Assembly: GCA_963713975.1 (NCBI GenBank) | Contig: OY970218.1 | Location: 160,001 to 224,000 of the forward strand | Origin: an uncultured Chloroflexia bacterium | GTDB taxonomy: Bacteria > Chloroflexota > Limnocylindria > Limnocylindrales > CSP1-4 | Length of the DNA stretch: 64,000 nt | Direction: 5' to 3' | Part shown: piece after piece, positions 37,316-48,408 of the stretch | Layout of the letters: each line of letters begins with the position of its first letter | Position numbering within the stretch: position 1 is the first letter of the stretch | The notes under the pieces: generated by a model | What the model saw: only the letters and a program-made list of their open reading frames with translations | Database searches by the model: none | Told to the model about the DNA's origin: nothing | Translations under genes and position numbers: made by a program

Positions 37316-38152
37316 ATGCCGTTCATTCCGCGAGCCGAGGTGACCAGCCGCCTCCGTGCCCAGGTGGAGGCGGGCATCCCGATCGTCGGCTGCGGCGCCG
37401 GCACGGGCATCTCGGCCAAGATGGCCGAGGCCGGCGGCGCCGATCTCGTGATCATCTACAACTCGGGCCGCTACCGGATGGCCGGACGGGGCTCCCTCGC
37501 GGGGATGCTGGCCTACGGCGATGCCAACGGGATCGTGGTGGAGATGGCCTCCGAGGTCCTGCCCGTCGTGAAGGACACGCCGGTGCTCGCCGGGATCAAC
37601 GGGACCGACCCGTTCCGCCTGATGCCGGTCTTCCTGCGGCAGCTCAAGGAGATGGGCTTCGACGGTGTCCAGAACTTCCCCACCGTGGGCCTCATCGACG
37701 GCGAGTTCAGAAAGAACCTCGAGGCCACCGGGATGGGCTACGACAAGGAGATCGAGGCCATCCACATGGCGTCGGAGCTCGACCTGTTCTGCTCGCCCTA
37801 CGTCTTCGACCCGGACCAGGCGGCCGAGATGGCCAGAGCCGGTGCCGACCAGCTCGTCGCCCACGTCGGGCTGACCACCGCGGGCTTGATCGGGGCGGGC
37901 GTGGCGCTCACGCTGGACGAGGTGATCGACAGGGTGATGGCGATCGCCGAGGCGGGGCGCAGCGTCCGCGAGGACATCATCGTCCTGTGCCATGGCGGCC
38001 CACTCGACGAGCCCGAGCAGGTGGGCAGGGCGCTCCTCCGGATGCCCGGCGTGCATGGCTTCTTCGGCGCCTCGAGCATCGAGCGTCTGCCCACAGAGCG
38101 CGCGATCCGGGGCCAGGTCGAGGAGTTCAAGCGGCTCGCCGTCGCGGGCTGA
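37316..38152 (+). CDS. Phosphoenolpyruvate hydrolase-like TIM-barrel protein
   Basis: Motifs [49 protein letters not shown]. Confidence 0.9.
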   Translation: MPFIPRAEVTSRLRAQVEAGIPIVGCGAGTGISAKMAEAGGADLVIIYNSGRYRMAGRGSLAGMLAYGDANGIVVEMASEVLPVVKDTPVLAGINGTDPFRLMPVFLRQLKEMGFDGVQNFPTVGLIDGEFRKNLEATGMGYDKEIEAIHMASELDLFCSPYVFDPDQAAEMARAGADQLVAHVGLTTAGLIGAGVALTLDEVIDRVMAIAEAGRSVREDIIVLCHGGPLDEPEQVGRALLRMPGVHGFFGASSIERLPTERAIRGQVEEFKRLAVAG

Positions 38153-38203
38153 GCGTTCGCCCGTCCGGTGGGGGCACACCCCGCCGCCAGCCGGCGACCG
38201 GGC

Positions 38204-39160
38204 CTACGGTGTCGTGCCCGACCCTGATGGAGCATGAGCCGGGACCCAGGCATCGACGATCGCGGGCAGGCTCGCGTCGAGACGCCGGATCTCCTCCGCG
38301 GTGATCGGCGCGTCGGCGATGGCGCGCGGTGCCGCCGGCTGGGCGAGGAAGGCCGCCTCGGCGAGGTCTCGTCCCGGCTCGAGTCGTGCGAGCGTGACCT
38401 GCTGGGCCCGCCAGGTGTCGAGGTTCAGCGTGCGCCCGCCGTGGCCGAGGGTGGGTCGCTCCACCGGTGTGTGTCCGAAGACGACGCGGCCGATCCCCGC
38501 TTCCCGATATGTGGTCCAGGCGTCCGCCTCCGGGAAGGGGTCGGGTGAGGCGAAGAACGAGTCCCGGATCCACAGGCGGTCGGCGCTCCGCTCGAACCGG
38601 TCAAGCTCCTGGAACGGGACCGGGCCGCCATGGACGAACAGCACGTCACCCCAGCAGGCGTACGGCGCGAACGTCCACAGGGCGGGGACCAGGTCGGGAG
38701 CGAGCTCGTCCACTCGGGTCGCGATCTCGCGGGACGATCGTCCCTCCCACTCGTCGGGACGCAGGCCGGCCGAGAGCAGCGTTGCCCCACCGCCGAACGC
38801 CATAAGCGCCCGGAAGATGTCGGGCTCGCCACCGAGGCCGCCCAGGACCTGCATCTCGTGGTTGCCCTCGAGCAGCGCGACCAGCCCTCCGGCCCCTTCG
38901 GCCTGTGCCCGGAGTGATGCCAGGCGCCGCACCAGCCCAACGGAGTCCGGACCCCGGTCCACGATGTCGCCGGTCACGACGAGAGCCGTCCCGGCAGGAG
39001 CCGTCCATCGGTCGGCGCCATCTGTCAGCCCCGCCTCGCACAGCAGCCGGTCGACGGCGCCCAGCTGGCCGTGCAGGTCGCTGGCGGCCCAGACCGTGAA
39101 CTCGGCCGGGACCTGGATCGGCGGGACGTCGGGGGCAGCCATGGACGGCGAGGCTACCAC
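38204..39160 (-). CDS. Metallophosphoesterase (PPP-like)
   Basis: Motifs SDLHG, GDIVDRG, GNHE, HGG, FGHTP. The start could also be ATG at 39142. Confidence 0.88.
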   Translation of the reverse strand: MVASPSMAAPDVPPIQVPAEFTVWAASDLHGQLGAVDRLLCEAGLTDGADRWTAPAGTALVVTGDIVDRGPDSVGLVRRLASLRAQAEGAGGLVALLEGNHEMQVLGGLGGEPDIFRALMAFGGGATLLSAGLRPDEWEGRSSREIATRVDELAPDLVPALWTFAPYACWGDVLFVHGGPVPFQELDRFERSADRLWIRDSFFASPDPFPEADAWTTYREAGIGRVVFGHTPVERPTLGHGGRTLNLDTWRAQQVTLARLEPGRDLAEAAFLAQPAAPRAIADAPITAEEIRRLDASLPAIVDAWVPAHAPSGSGTTP

Positions 39161-39172
39161 GCCCCGCGCCGG

Positions 39173-41986
39173 TCAGGCCCCGGTGTCCAGCTCAGGCCCC
39201 GCATCCAGGCGGTCGGCCAACACCTCCGCCAGGTGACGCGCGCGACGGCCGTCCAGGAAGCCGATCTGGGTCCGGCACGAGAAGCCGTCTGCCAGCACCT
39301 CGGCGTCCTGAGGGGCCGCACGGAGCGCGGGCAGCAGGACCAGCTCCGCCACGTCACGCGATATCTGCTCGTGCCCTGCCTCGGCGCCGAAGTTCCCGGC
39401 CAGGCCGCAGCAGCCCTGCAGCATCGTCGGCGTGATGCCGGCAGCATCCATGACACGGCGGTCGGCCCCGGTCCCCAGCACGGCCTGCTGGTGGCAGTGG
39501 GGCTGGACCAGGACGTCGACCGCCGGTCCGGCCGGGGGCACCCAGCCCGCGCCGTCGAGGAGCTCAGCGAGGGTGGTGACGCGGCGTGCCACCGATGCCG
39601 CGCGCGGGTCGTCTGGGAGCAGCTCGCGGAGATCGTGACGGAGCGTCGTGGCACAGGACGGCTCAAGCACCAGGATCGGCTCGTCGCCGGCCAGCTCCGG
39701 GGCGGCGAGCGTGCGACGGACCTCGGCGCGGGCACGGTCCAGCTGGCCGGTCGTGACCCAGGTCAGGCCGCAGCAGACGGTCGCGCGTGGCACGACAGCC
39801 TCGAACCCGGCCGCGGCGAGCACCCGCAGCGCCGCGTGGCCGACCTCGGGCGCGAGGTGGTTGGTGAAGGTGTCCGGCCAGACGATCACCCTCGGTGAGG
39901 CGTCGACGGCCGGGGGCGCAGGCGGGTGAACGGGCTCCCGGGCGGCGGCCACGAACGACGTCCGGGCGATGGGCGGGATGCGCCGCTCGCCCGCGATCCC
40001 CAGGACCAGCGCCAGCGCCCGCCTTGTGGGCGCGAACCCCATGACCGCGTTGGCCAGGCGGGGACCGGCCGGGATCCTGCGCAGGAGCCGCAGCCACTGC
40101 GGCAGGCGGCCCAGCGAGTAGTGGGCGCGGGGGCGAAGCCGGCCACGGTAATGGTGGTCCAGGAACTCGGCCTTGTACGCGGTCATGTCCACGCCGGTGG
40201 GGCACTCGGAGAGGCAGGCACGACAGCCGAGACACAGGTCCAGCGCTTCGCACACGTCCGTGGAGGCCCAGCCCTCGTCTGCGAGCGACCCCGCGGCCAT
40301 CTCCTGCAGCAGCCGTGCCCGGCCGCGCGTGGAGTGGGCCTCCTCCCCGGTCGCCCGGTAGCTCGGGCACATGGCGGCGCCACCCTGGCGCGAGATGCAC
40401 TTCCCCACCCCGATGCAGCGCTCGACGGCCTGGCGGAGGTCGCCACCGTCCGCCTCGTGCGCGAGGGCGGGCTCCAGCGCGATCAGGGTGGGTCTCGGAC
40501 GGCGCAGGTCCTGCGTGAGCGGGAGCGGGTCCACCACGATCCCCGGGTTGAGCATGTTGGCCGGGTCCCAGGCGGTCTTCCAGGCACGGAACGCATCCAG
40601 CAGGGCGGGCGAGAACTGGCGGTCGAGCAAGGCGCCCCGCGCCCGGCCATCCCCGTGCTCGCCGGACAGGCTGCCGCCGTGGGCCACCACGAGGTCCGCG
40701 GCCGCGGTCATGAACGTCGCGAGCCTGACCGCACCACCCGGGAGATCCAGCCCGAAGCCGACACGGAGGTGGATGCACCCCTCGCCGAAGTGGCCGTACG
40801 TGATCCCGGACAGGTCCTGGTCCCGGAGCAGGGCGCGCAGCTCCCCGAGGTACGCGGCGAGCCGGTCGGGCGGGACGGCGCCGTCCTCGAACCCCGGCCA
40901 GGCGGGTGAGCCATCGGGCAGTCTCGCCGACCGCCCTGCTCCGTCCTCCCGGACGCGCCACAGGATCGATTGGGCCGCCGGGTCCTCCAGCAGGACGGCG
41001 TCACGGGCGCCCACGCGCGTGCCGGCCGCGGCGGCCAGGCGCGCGGCGTGGTCGGCCATCTCGGGCGCCGTCTCGCCGCCTGCCTCCACCAGCAGCCAGG
41101 CCCCGCCGGGTGGCAGCAGGCCCGGGTCCCGCCACCCGGTCAGCAGGTCCGCGGCCAGGCTCTCGACGGTGAACGGGCGCTCGGGGAGCAGGGCCGTCAC
41201 GATCGTGGCCGCGGCGATGTCGTCAGTGAAGGCGATGACCAGCAGTCCCCGGACCTCGGGCGGACGGACCAGCCGGATCGTCGCGGCGGACACGACCGCG
41301 CAGGTGCCCTCGGTCCCGACGAGGGTCCGCGCGACGTCGCTGCCACGCTCGGGGAGCAGCCAGTCCAGCGAGTAGCCCGAGACGCGACGCGGCCATGAGG
41401 TGAGCTCGCGACGGATGACGTCGCCGTGGCCCGCCAGGAGCTCGGCGATCCGTGCTTCGGTGCCCGCGCCAAGGCGCGGGGCCGTGCCGGCCGCCCCGTC
41501 CAGCGAGCCCACGGCGTGCCGCGACCCGGCGGCCGTGATGACCTCGAGACCGAGCGTGTTCTCCGCCGTCGTCCCCCACCGGACCGACCTCGATCCGCAC
41601 GCGTTGTTGCCGATCATCCCGCCGACCGTGCACCGGCTGTGCGTGGACGGGTCCGGGCCCACCCGCAGCCCGTGGACGGCCGCTGCCCGGTTGACGTCGT
41701 CGAGGACAGTGCCCGGGAGCACGGTGGCGACCATGGCGTCCGGGTCCAGGGACAGGATCCCCGCCAGATGACGCGAGAGGTCCACGACCAGCCCTGAGCC
41801 GATGGCATTGCCGGCGATGCTGGTCCCTGCGCCGCGCATGGTGAGCGGGACGCCGGCCTCGGCCGCGAGCGCCACCACCAGTGCCAGGTCGTCACGGTCA
41901 CGGGGCGCCACCACGGCCGCAGGCAGCACCCGGTAGTTCGAGGCGTCGGACGCGTACAGGGCCCGGGTGCCGGGATCGGAGGCCAC
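39173..41986 (-). CDS. FAD-binding and Fe-S-binding oxidoreductase (GlcD/GlcF-type 2-hydroxyacid dehydrogenase fusion)
   Basis: Motifs RGAGTSIAG, GGMIGNNACG, SGEHGDG, CIGVGKC, CLGCRACLSECP, CCG. The true start may be somewhat upstream. Confidence 0.9.
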   Translation of the reverse strand: MASDPGTRALYASDASNYRVLPAAVVAPRDRDDLALVVALAAEAGVPLTMRGAGTSIAGNAIGSGLVVDLSRHLAGILSLDPDAMVATVLPGTVLDDVNRAAAVHGLRVGPDPSTHSRCTVGGMIGNNACGSRSVRWGTTAENTLGLEVITAAGSRHAVGSLDGAAGTAPRLGAGTEARIAELLAGHGDVIRRELTSWPRRVSGYSLDWLLPERGSDVARTLVGTEGTCAVVSAATIRLVRPPEVRGLLVIAFTDDIAAATIVTALLPERPFTVESLAADLLTGWRDPGLLPPGGAWLLVEAGGETAPEMADHAARLAAAAGTRVGARDAVLLEDPAAQSILWRVREDGAGRSARLPDGSPAWPGFEDGAVPPDRLAAYLGELRALLRDQDLSGITYGHFGEGCIHLRVGFGLDLPGGAVRLATFMTAAADLVVAHGGSLSGEHGDGRARGALLDRQFSPALLDAFRAWKTAWDPANMLNPGIVVDPLPLTQDLRRPRPTLIALEPALAHEADGGDLRQAVERCIGVGKCISRQGGAAMCPSYRATGEEAHSTRGRARLLQEMAAGSLADEGWASTDVCEALDLCLGCRACLSECPTGVDMTAYKAEFLDHHYRGRLRPRAHYSLGRLPQWLRLLRRIPAGPRLANAVMGFAPTRRALALVLGIAGERRIPPIARTSFVAAAREPVHPPAPPAVDASPRVIVWPDTFTNHLAPEVGHAALRVLAAAGFEAVVPRATVCCGLTWVTTGQLDRARAEVRRTLAAPELAGDEPILVLEPSCATTLRHDLRELLPDDPRAASVARRVTTLAELLDGAGWVPPAGPAVDVLVQPHCHQQAVLGTGADRRVMDAAGITPTMLQGCCGLAGNFGAEAGHEQISRDVAELVLLPALRAAPQDAEVLADGFSCRTQIGFLDGRRARHLAEVLADRLDAGPELDTGA

Positions 41987-42465
41987 GAGCCCGCGCGAGA
42001 GCGCCCGCAGGCGCGCGAGCAGGTCAGGGATGGCCGCGGCGTGGCCGGGTTCGGTGTGTGCTGGCTCGGCAGTGGCAGTGATCGGACAAGACTCCGGACG
42101 GACGGCGCGAGTGCGCCTTGCCTAGGGTACGGGTGCGCGAGCCCGGGAGGCGACCCGGTTCGCCGTCTCACCCGCCGGGTGACCGAACGGTACGGTCCAA
42201 GGCGCTCCTCCTCGCCCGGTGTGGGCAGAACGGCTGAGAGGCTCCCGTCCAGGGGCCCGCCCGGTGACCCGCCACTCCTGGTCCAGAGCGGGGCCCCGCG
42301 GCGGTGCACCGTTCACCCTCGGGGTGAGCGCCGGCGGAGGCGGCGAGGATCGCTGGGGGGGCCTGGGCCACCCGCGTCCCACGAAATCCCTCTGGCTCGC
42401 GGTTGACAGGTCGCAGCCGCCGTGAGATCGTTGCACACGCAATCATCTACCCAGAGGTCACCACC

Positions 42466-43464
42466 ATGCCGGCCGTCACCGTCGACGACATCACCGTCCT
42501 TCCGAGGGTCGCCCTCCCCGACCCGGCCACCGCCAGCCAGCGGCAGGTCCGGACCCTCACCAGCGCTCCGCGCGGCTACGAGGGCGAGGGCTTCCCGGTA
42601 CGCCGCGCGTTCGCAGGGGCCCTGCTCGAAGACCTGGACCCGTTCATCCACCTCGACCAGATGGGCGAGGTGGAATACGCCCCCGGTGAGGCCAAGGGCA
42701 CGCCCTGGCATCCGCATCGAGGCTTCGAGACGGTGACGTACATCCTCGACGGGGTCTTCGAGCATGCCGACAGCAACGGCGGAGGCGGTGTCATCACCAA
42801 CGGCGACACGCAATGGATGACCGCCGGAGCCGGGATCCTGCACATCGAGAAGCCACCGGAGTGGCTCGTTGCCCAGGGCGGCCTGTTCCACGGCTTCCAG
42901 CTCTGGGTGAACCTGCCTCGCGTCCAGAAGCTCGCGGCGCCGCGCTACCAGGACATCCGCGCCGGCGAGGTGGCGCTGCTGTCCTCCCACGATGGGGGGA
43001 CGCTGGTCCGGGTGATCGCCGGCGAGGTCGCGGGTCACGCGGGTCCCGGCTCCACCTACACGCCCATGACCCTCGTCCACCTGACCCTCGCCCCCGGGGC
43101 ATCCGTCCAGCTTCCCTGGCGCTCCGACTACAACGCCCTCGCCTACGTTCTGGCCGGGTCGGGCACGGTCGGCGCGGAGGGACGGCCGGCCGGACTGGGC
43201 CAGCTCGCGGTCTTCGGACCGGGCAACACCCTGACGTTTGCTGCGGACACGGTGCAGGAGAGCCGCTCGCCGAACCTGGACGTCCTCGTCCTCGGCGGCC
43301 GACCCATCCGGGAGCCGGTGGCCTGGGCCGGCCCGTTCGTGATGAACACGCGGGAAGAGGTCAGGCAGGCCTTCGAGGACTACCAGGCCGGACGCCTCGG
43401 CACGATCCCGGCCGTGCACGGCGCGCCGACGACGGTCCAGGAGACGGGCGCCTCAGAGGCCTGA
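42466..43464 (+). CDS. Pirin-family protein
   Basis: Motifs DPFIHLD, HPHRGFETVTY, QWMTAGAGILHIE, QLWVNLP, GPFVMNT. Confidence 0.93.
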   Translation: MPAVTVDDITVLPRVALPDPATASQRQVRTLTSAPRGYEGEGFPVRRAFAGALLEDLDPFIHLDQMGEVEYAPGEAKGTPWHPHRGFETVTYILDGVFEHADSNGGGGVITNGDTQWMTAGAGILHIEKPPEWLVAQGGLFHGFQLWVNLPRVQKLAAPRYQDIRAGEVALLSSHDGGTLVRVIAGEVAGHAGPGSTYTPMTLVHLTLAPGASVQLPWRSDYNALAYVLAGSGTVGAEGRPAGLGQLAVFGPGNTLTFAADTVQESRSPNLDVLVLGGRPIREPVAWAGPFVMNTREEVRQAFEDYQAGRLGTIPAVHGAPTTVQETGASEA

Positions 43465-43483
43465 TCCCTCGCCGGGCCGCCCG

Positions 43484-43939
43484 CTACTGGCCGGTGACCG
43501 TCTCGTTGCCGGCCGCGGTCCACTCGTTCATGCCGCCCGCCATGCTGGTGACGCTGGGGAGCCCGGCCGCCAGGAGGATGTCACGCCCCTGCGCGGAGCG
43601 ATTGCCCGACCGGCAGACCACGACGACCTCCTTGTCCGACGGAACCTCGGACGCACGGGCCGACAGCTCGCCGAGCGGGATCAGCGTCGCGCCATCGATG
43701 TGGCCCGCGGCCCACTCATCGGGCTCGCGGACGTCGAGCATGAACGCCCCGGACTCCTGCTTGGCCGCCGCGGTGGCGACGTCGATCTCCGCGGGGAGCG
43801 CGGCCGGCGCGACGGCGTCCTGGCCCGCGGCCGACGCGGCCGGTGCCGTGGTCGCGGTTGATCCGCCACAGGCCGCAAGGGCGAGTGCCAGGACGGCGAG
43901 CAGGATGATGATTCGTGAGCGCAGGGCCGGGATCGACAC
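43484..43939 (-). CDS. Rhodanese-like lipoprotein
   Basis: Lipobox LAAC, LDVREPDEW..GHIDGA, VCRSGNRS, GGMNEW. Probable GTG start at 43939 with GGAG upstream. Confidence 0.85.
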   Translation of the reverse strand: MSIPALRSRIIILLAVLALALAACGGSTATTAPAASAAGQDAVAPAALPAEIDVATAAAKQESGAFMLDVREPDEWAAGHIDGATLIPLGELSARASEVPSDKEVVVVCRSGNRSAQGRDILLAAGLPSVTSMAGGMNEWTAAGNETVTGQ

Positions 43940-43981
43940 GTGGAGACTCCAGGACTGGGACGGCATCGGGTTGGCGCGGGC

Positions 43982-44018
43982 GGAGGTCCGCCCGAGGCGG
44001 GAGGTCCGCCCGAGGCGG
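43982..44018. repeat. Short tandem direct repeat (2 x GGAGGTCCGCCCGAGGCG)
   Basis: Seen directly in the intergenic region upstream of the rhodanese gene. Confidence 0.7.
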
Positions 44019-44035
44019 TCGCCGGCGGGACGATC

Positions 44036-44632
44036 CTACCCTGTCGGCTCGAGACGCCTCGTGCCGTGGTAGCGGTCCATCAGCAGCTCGACCGCCTCAC
44101 GCGCCTGGCGCCATGCCTCCTGGTCGCCCATGACGCGGGCATCCCGTCCCCAGCGCTGGACCTGGGTCATCGCCGTGACGATGGCGTTGTGGAGCGCCAG
44201 CCGGTTCCGGCCCGCGTCGACGACGCCGGTCACGAGATAGCGGCGGACCATGTCGTAGGGGGCGGTCCACTGGCCGATCCGGATCCGGTCGTGGATTCGG
44301 AGCGTCTCCAGCCAGTCGTCATCGCCGACCGGGAACCGGCCGTGCTCCTCGACGTGCGCGTTGATGTCCAGCCGGCGGCCGGGATGGGTTCGCGACGGAA
44401 GGCGGCCGTCGGCATCGGTCTCGAGGTAGCAGACGGGACACTCCGCCAGCCGGGCGGAATTGGATGGTGCCTCGCCGAACGAGAGACCGCAGCGGCGGCA
44501 GATCCGCGCGGCCGCGCGCGCGGAGACGGCACCGCACTGGAGACAGGTGGACGCGGTCGCGAACGTCGGGGCGGACAAGGACGGAGCTCCAGGTAGGTCC
44601 GCCGGCACGGTGGAGGACCAGGACTGGATCAT
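44036..44632 (-). CDS. Hypothetical protein with CxxC zinc-ribbon motifs
   Basis: CLQC, CRRC, CPVC...HVEEH. Fills the gap downstream of pgm; start is uncertain. Confidence 0.6.
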   Translation of the reverse strand: MIQSWSSTVPADLPGAPSLSAPTFATASTCLQCGAVSARAAARICRRCGLSFGEAPSNSARLAECPVCYLETDADGRLPSRTHPGRRLDINAHVEEHGRFPVGDDDWLETLRIHDRIRIGQWTAPYDMVRRYLVTGVVDAGRNRLALHNAIVTAMTQVQRWGRDARVMGDQEAWRQAREAVELLMDRYHGTRRLEPTG

Positions 44633-44706
44633 CACCTGCCCGCCACCCGATCGGCAGCGGCCTACTGGTCCCGGTGGGCGCACCCGATAGGGGTACCAGG
44701 CAGCGT

Positions 44707-46350
44707 CTAGACCGCCGCGTCGACGATCGCGCGCGCCTCGTCGAGGATCTGGGCCAGGTGCTCCTCTCCGCGGAAGCTCTCCGCGTAGAGCTTGGTCACG
44801 TTCTCCGTTCCGGACGGGCGGGCCGCGAACCAGCCCTCGGCGGTGACCACCTTGAGCCCGCCGATGGGCGCGTCGTTGCCCGGCGCTCGGGTGAGCTTGG
44901 CCGTGATCGGATCGCCGGCAAGCGTCGTGGCCGTGACGGCCTCCGGGGAGAGGCGGCCGAGCGCGGCCTTGACCTCCGGCGTTGCCGGGGCGTCGATGCG
45001 CTTGTAGGCGGGCGCCCCGAAGCGTGTCGTGAGCCCGGCGTACACCTCGGAAGGGTTCTTGCCCGTCTTCGCCGTCAGCTCCGCGGCCAACAGGCACGCG
45101 ATCAGGCCGTCCTTGTCGGTCGTCCAGACAGCGCCATCCATGCGCAGGAACGAGGCACCCGCGCTCTCCTCGCCGCCAAAGCCGACGGTGCCGTCCACCA
45201 GCCCGTCCACGAACCACTTGAAGCCGACCGGGACCTCGAGCAGTCGCCGGCCGAGGTCCGCCGTCACCCGGTCGATGATGGACGAGGAGACAAGTGTCTT
45301 GCCCACCGCCACGTCGCCGCCCCATGACCTGCCGCCACCGAACAGGTAGGAGATCGCCGCGGCGATCACGTGGTTCGGGTTCATCAGGCCGGCGCCGGGG
45401 ACCACGATCCCGTGGCGGTCCGCGTCGGCGTCGTTGCCCAGCGCCAGGTCGAACCGGTCCCGCAACTCCACGAGGCGCGCCATCGCGAACGGCGACGACG
45501 GGTCCATCCGGATCTTCCCGTCCCAGTCCAGGGTCATGAACCCGAAGGCGGGGTCGACCACCTCGTTGGTGACGGTCAGGTCCAGCCCGTACCGCTCCCC
45601 GATCATGCCCCAGTACGCGACCGCGGCCCCGCCCAGCGGGTCCACGCCGAGCCGGAGGCCGGACGCGCGGATCGCCGCGAGGTCCACGACGTGCTCCAGG
45701 TCCGCGACGTAGACGCCCCGGAAGTCGTAGTCCGTCGCCTGCGCGCGCGCCCGCTCGAAGGGAACGCGGCGGATGCCGTCCAGCCCGTCCATTCCGGAGC
45801 CCTCCAGGATCCGGTTCGCCTCATCCTGGATCGCCCGGGTCACGTCCGTATCGGCCGGACCGCCGTTGGGCGGGTTGTACTTGAAGCCCCCGTCGTCGGG
45901 CGGGTTGTGCGACGGCGTGACGACGATGCCATCGGCGAGGCCGGTCCCGCGTCCCCGATTGGCTGCCAGGATCGCGTGAGACACGGCGGGCGTCGGGGTG
46001 AAGCCATCCTCGCTGTCCGCGCGCACGTCCACGCCGTTCGCGACCAGCACCTCGAGCGCGGTGCGCCAGGCGGGCTCGGACAGGGCATGCGTGTCGCGGC
46101 CGACGAACAGCGGCCCGGTGTACCCCTGCGCAGCGCGGTAGCGGCAGATCGCCTCGGTGGTGGCGAGGATGTGCGCCTCGTTGAAGGCCGCACGGAACGC
46201 GGATCCGCGGTGGCCCGACGTCCCGAATGCGACACGCTGGGTGGGATCCGAGGGGTCGGGCCGGATGTCGGCGTACGCGCGCAGGAGGGCGGGCACGTCC
46301 ACGAGCTCGGACCGGAGGGCGGGCTGGCCTGCGCGCGGGTGCTGGCTCAT
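44707..46350 (-). CDS. pgm: Phosphoglucomutase
   Basis: Motifs [37 protein letters not shown]. Confidence 0.95.
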   Translation of the reverse strand: MSQHPRAGQPALRSELVDVPALLRAYADIRPDPSDPTQRVAFGTSGHRGSAFRAAFNEAHILATTEAICRYRAAQGYTGPLFVGRDTHALSEPAWRTALEVLVANGVDVRADSEDGFTPTPAVSHAILAANRGRGTGLADGIVVTPSHNPPDDGGFKYNPPNGGPADTDVTRAIQDEANRILEGSGMDGLDGIRRVPFERARAQATDYDFRGVYVADLEHVVDLAAIRASGLRLGVDPLGGAAVAYWGMIGERYGLDLTVTNEVVDPAFGFMTLDWDGKIRMDPSSPFAMARLVELRDRFDLALGNDADADRHGIVVPGAGLMNPNHVIAAAISYLFGGGRSWGGDVAVGKTLVSSSIIDRVTADLGRRLLEVPVGFKWFVDGLVDGTVGFGGEESAGASFLRMDGAVWTTDKDGLIACLLAAELTAKTGKNPSEVYAGLTTRFGAPAYKRIDAPATPEVKAALGRLSPEAVTATTLAGDPITAKLTRAPGNDAPIGGLKVVTAEGWFAARPSGTENVTKLYAESFRGEEHLAQILDEARAIVDAAV

Positions 46351-46544
46351 CGGAACCTCGGGCTGGGCGGGGCGGGCTGGTCCCCGAACGATACCGCCCC
46401 CAGGGGGTGCGCTCCGTTGCCAGGAACTTGTACGATGCCTGCAACCCGAGCCAGCACCTCGTACGGGGCTCGTCCGAGTCCGTCGCTTGTCGACGGCCGG
46501 ATGCATGAGCCCGCGATGACCTCAGGCCGGGACGGAGGTTCTGC

Positions 46545-47651
<1,107 letters not shown>

Positions 47652-47733
47652 CGCCGGTTCGCCGGCCGCGCCGCACATGGACCGGCTCGTCATCCCGACG
47701 GGCCGGTCGCTCCTTGTCCCCAGAGGCCCCGCC

Positions 47734-48348
47734 GTGACCGATCCCGCAACCAGGCCCGAGCATCAGCCCTTCGGTGACGACCCGCTCGAAGAGCACGTGG
47801 TGGAGAGCCGGATCGTCCACCGGGGTCGCTACATGGAGTTCCGGGTCGACACGATGGAGCGGGCCGACGGTACTCGCGGAACACGCGATGTCGTGGGTCA
47901 CCCGGGGGCGATCGCCGTCCTCGCCGTGGACGACGACGGGCGGCTGCTGCTGGTCCGGCAATGGCGGCTCCCGGCGGGCAGGGCCGTGCTCGAGATCCCG
48001 GCCGGCACGCTGGACGTCCACGACGGCGTCACGGAGGACCCGGACCTCGCCTCGCGCCGGGAGCTGGAGGAGGAGACCGGCCACCGCGCGACGACCTGGC
48101 GCAAGCTGGCGACGTTCTGGACCGCGCCGGGCTTCACGTCCGAGCAGCTGCACCTGTACCTCGCGACCGGGATCGGGGGCGCGGACGAGGACGGGCGACT
48201 CGTGCCGGACGAGGATGAGCGCCTGGAGCTGCGCCACGTGACGGTCGACGAGGCACTCGCGATGGTGGAGAGCGGCGAGATCTGCGACGCCAAGACGATG
48301 CTGGGGATCCTGTGGCTGAGCCGGCTGCGGCTCGCCGGGGAGCTCTGA
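47734..48348 (+). CDS. NUDIX hydrolase (ADP-ribose pyrophosphatase-like)
   Basis: Motifs HPGAIAV, EIPAG...ASRRELEEETG, DAKT. Confidence 0.9.
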   Translation: MTDPATRPEHQPFGDDPLEEHVVESRIVHRGRYMEFRVDTMERADGTRGTRDVVGHPGAIAVLAVDDDGRLLLVRQWRLPAGRAVLEIPAGTLDVHDGVTEDPDLASRRELEEETGHRATTWRKLATFWTAPGFTSEQLHLYLATGIGGADEDGRLVPDEDERLELRHVTVDEALAMVESGEICDAKTMLGILWLSRLRLAGEL

Positions 48349-48408
48349 GCGGGTTCGCCGTTCGGGCCATTCCGGGCCGACGCCAGGCGTCTGGGCAGGC
48401 GCCCGGCC

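Noticed and set aside
11190-38152. Island as a mobile element
   Set aside because: No integrase, transposase, tRNA anchor or flanking direct repeats were seen.
42190-42340. Glycine, TPP or Moco riboswitch, or 6S RNA
   Set aside because: Only fragments match (CTCTCAG, CTGAGA) and the conserved cores are missing. Kept only as an unassigned structured region.
43982-44018. Possible CRISPR remnant
   Set aside because: Two adjacent 18-nt copies with no spacer, and no cas genes.
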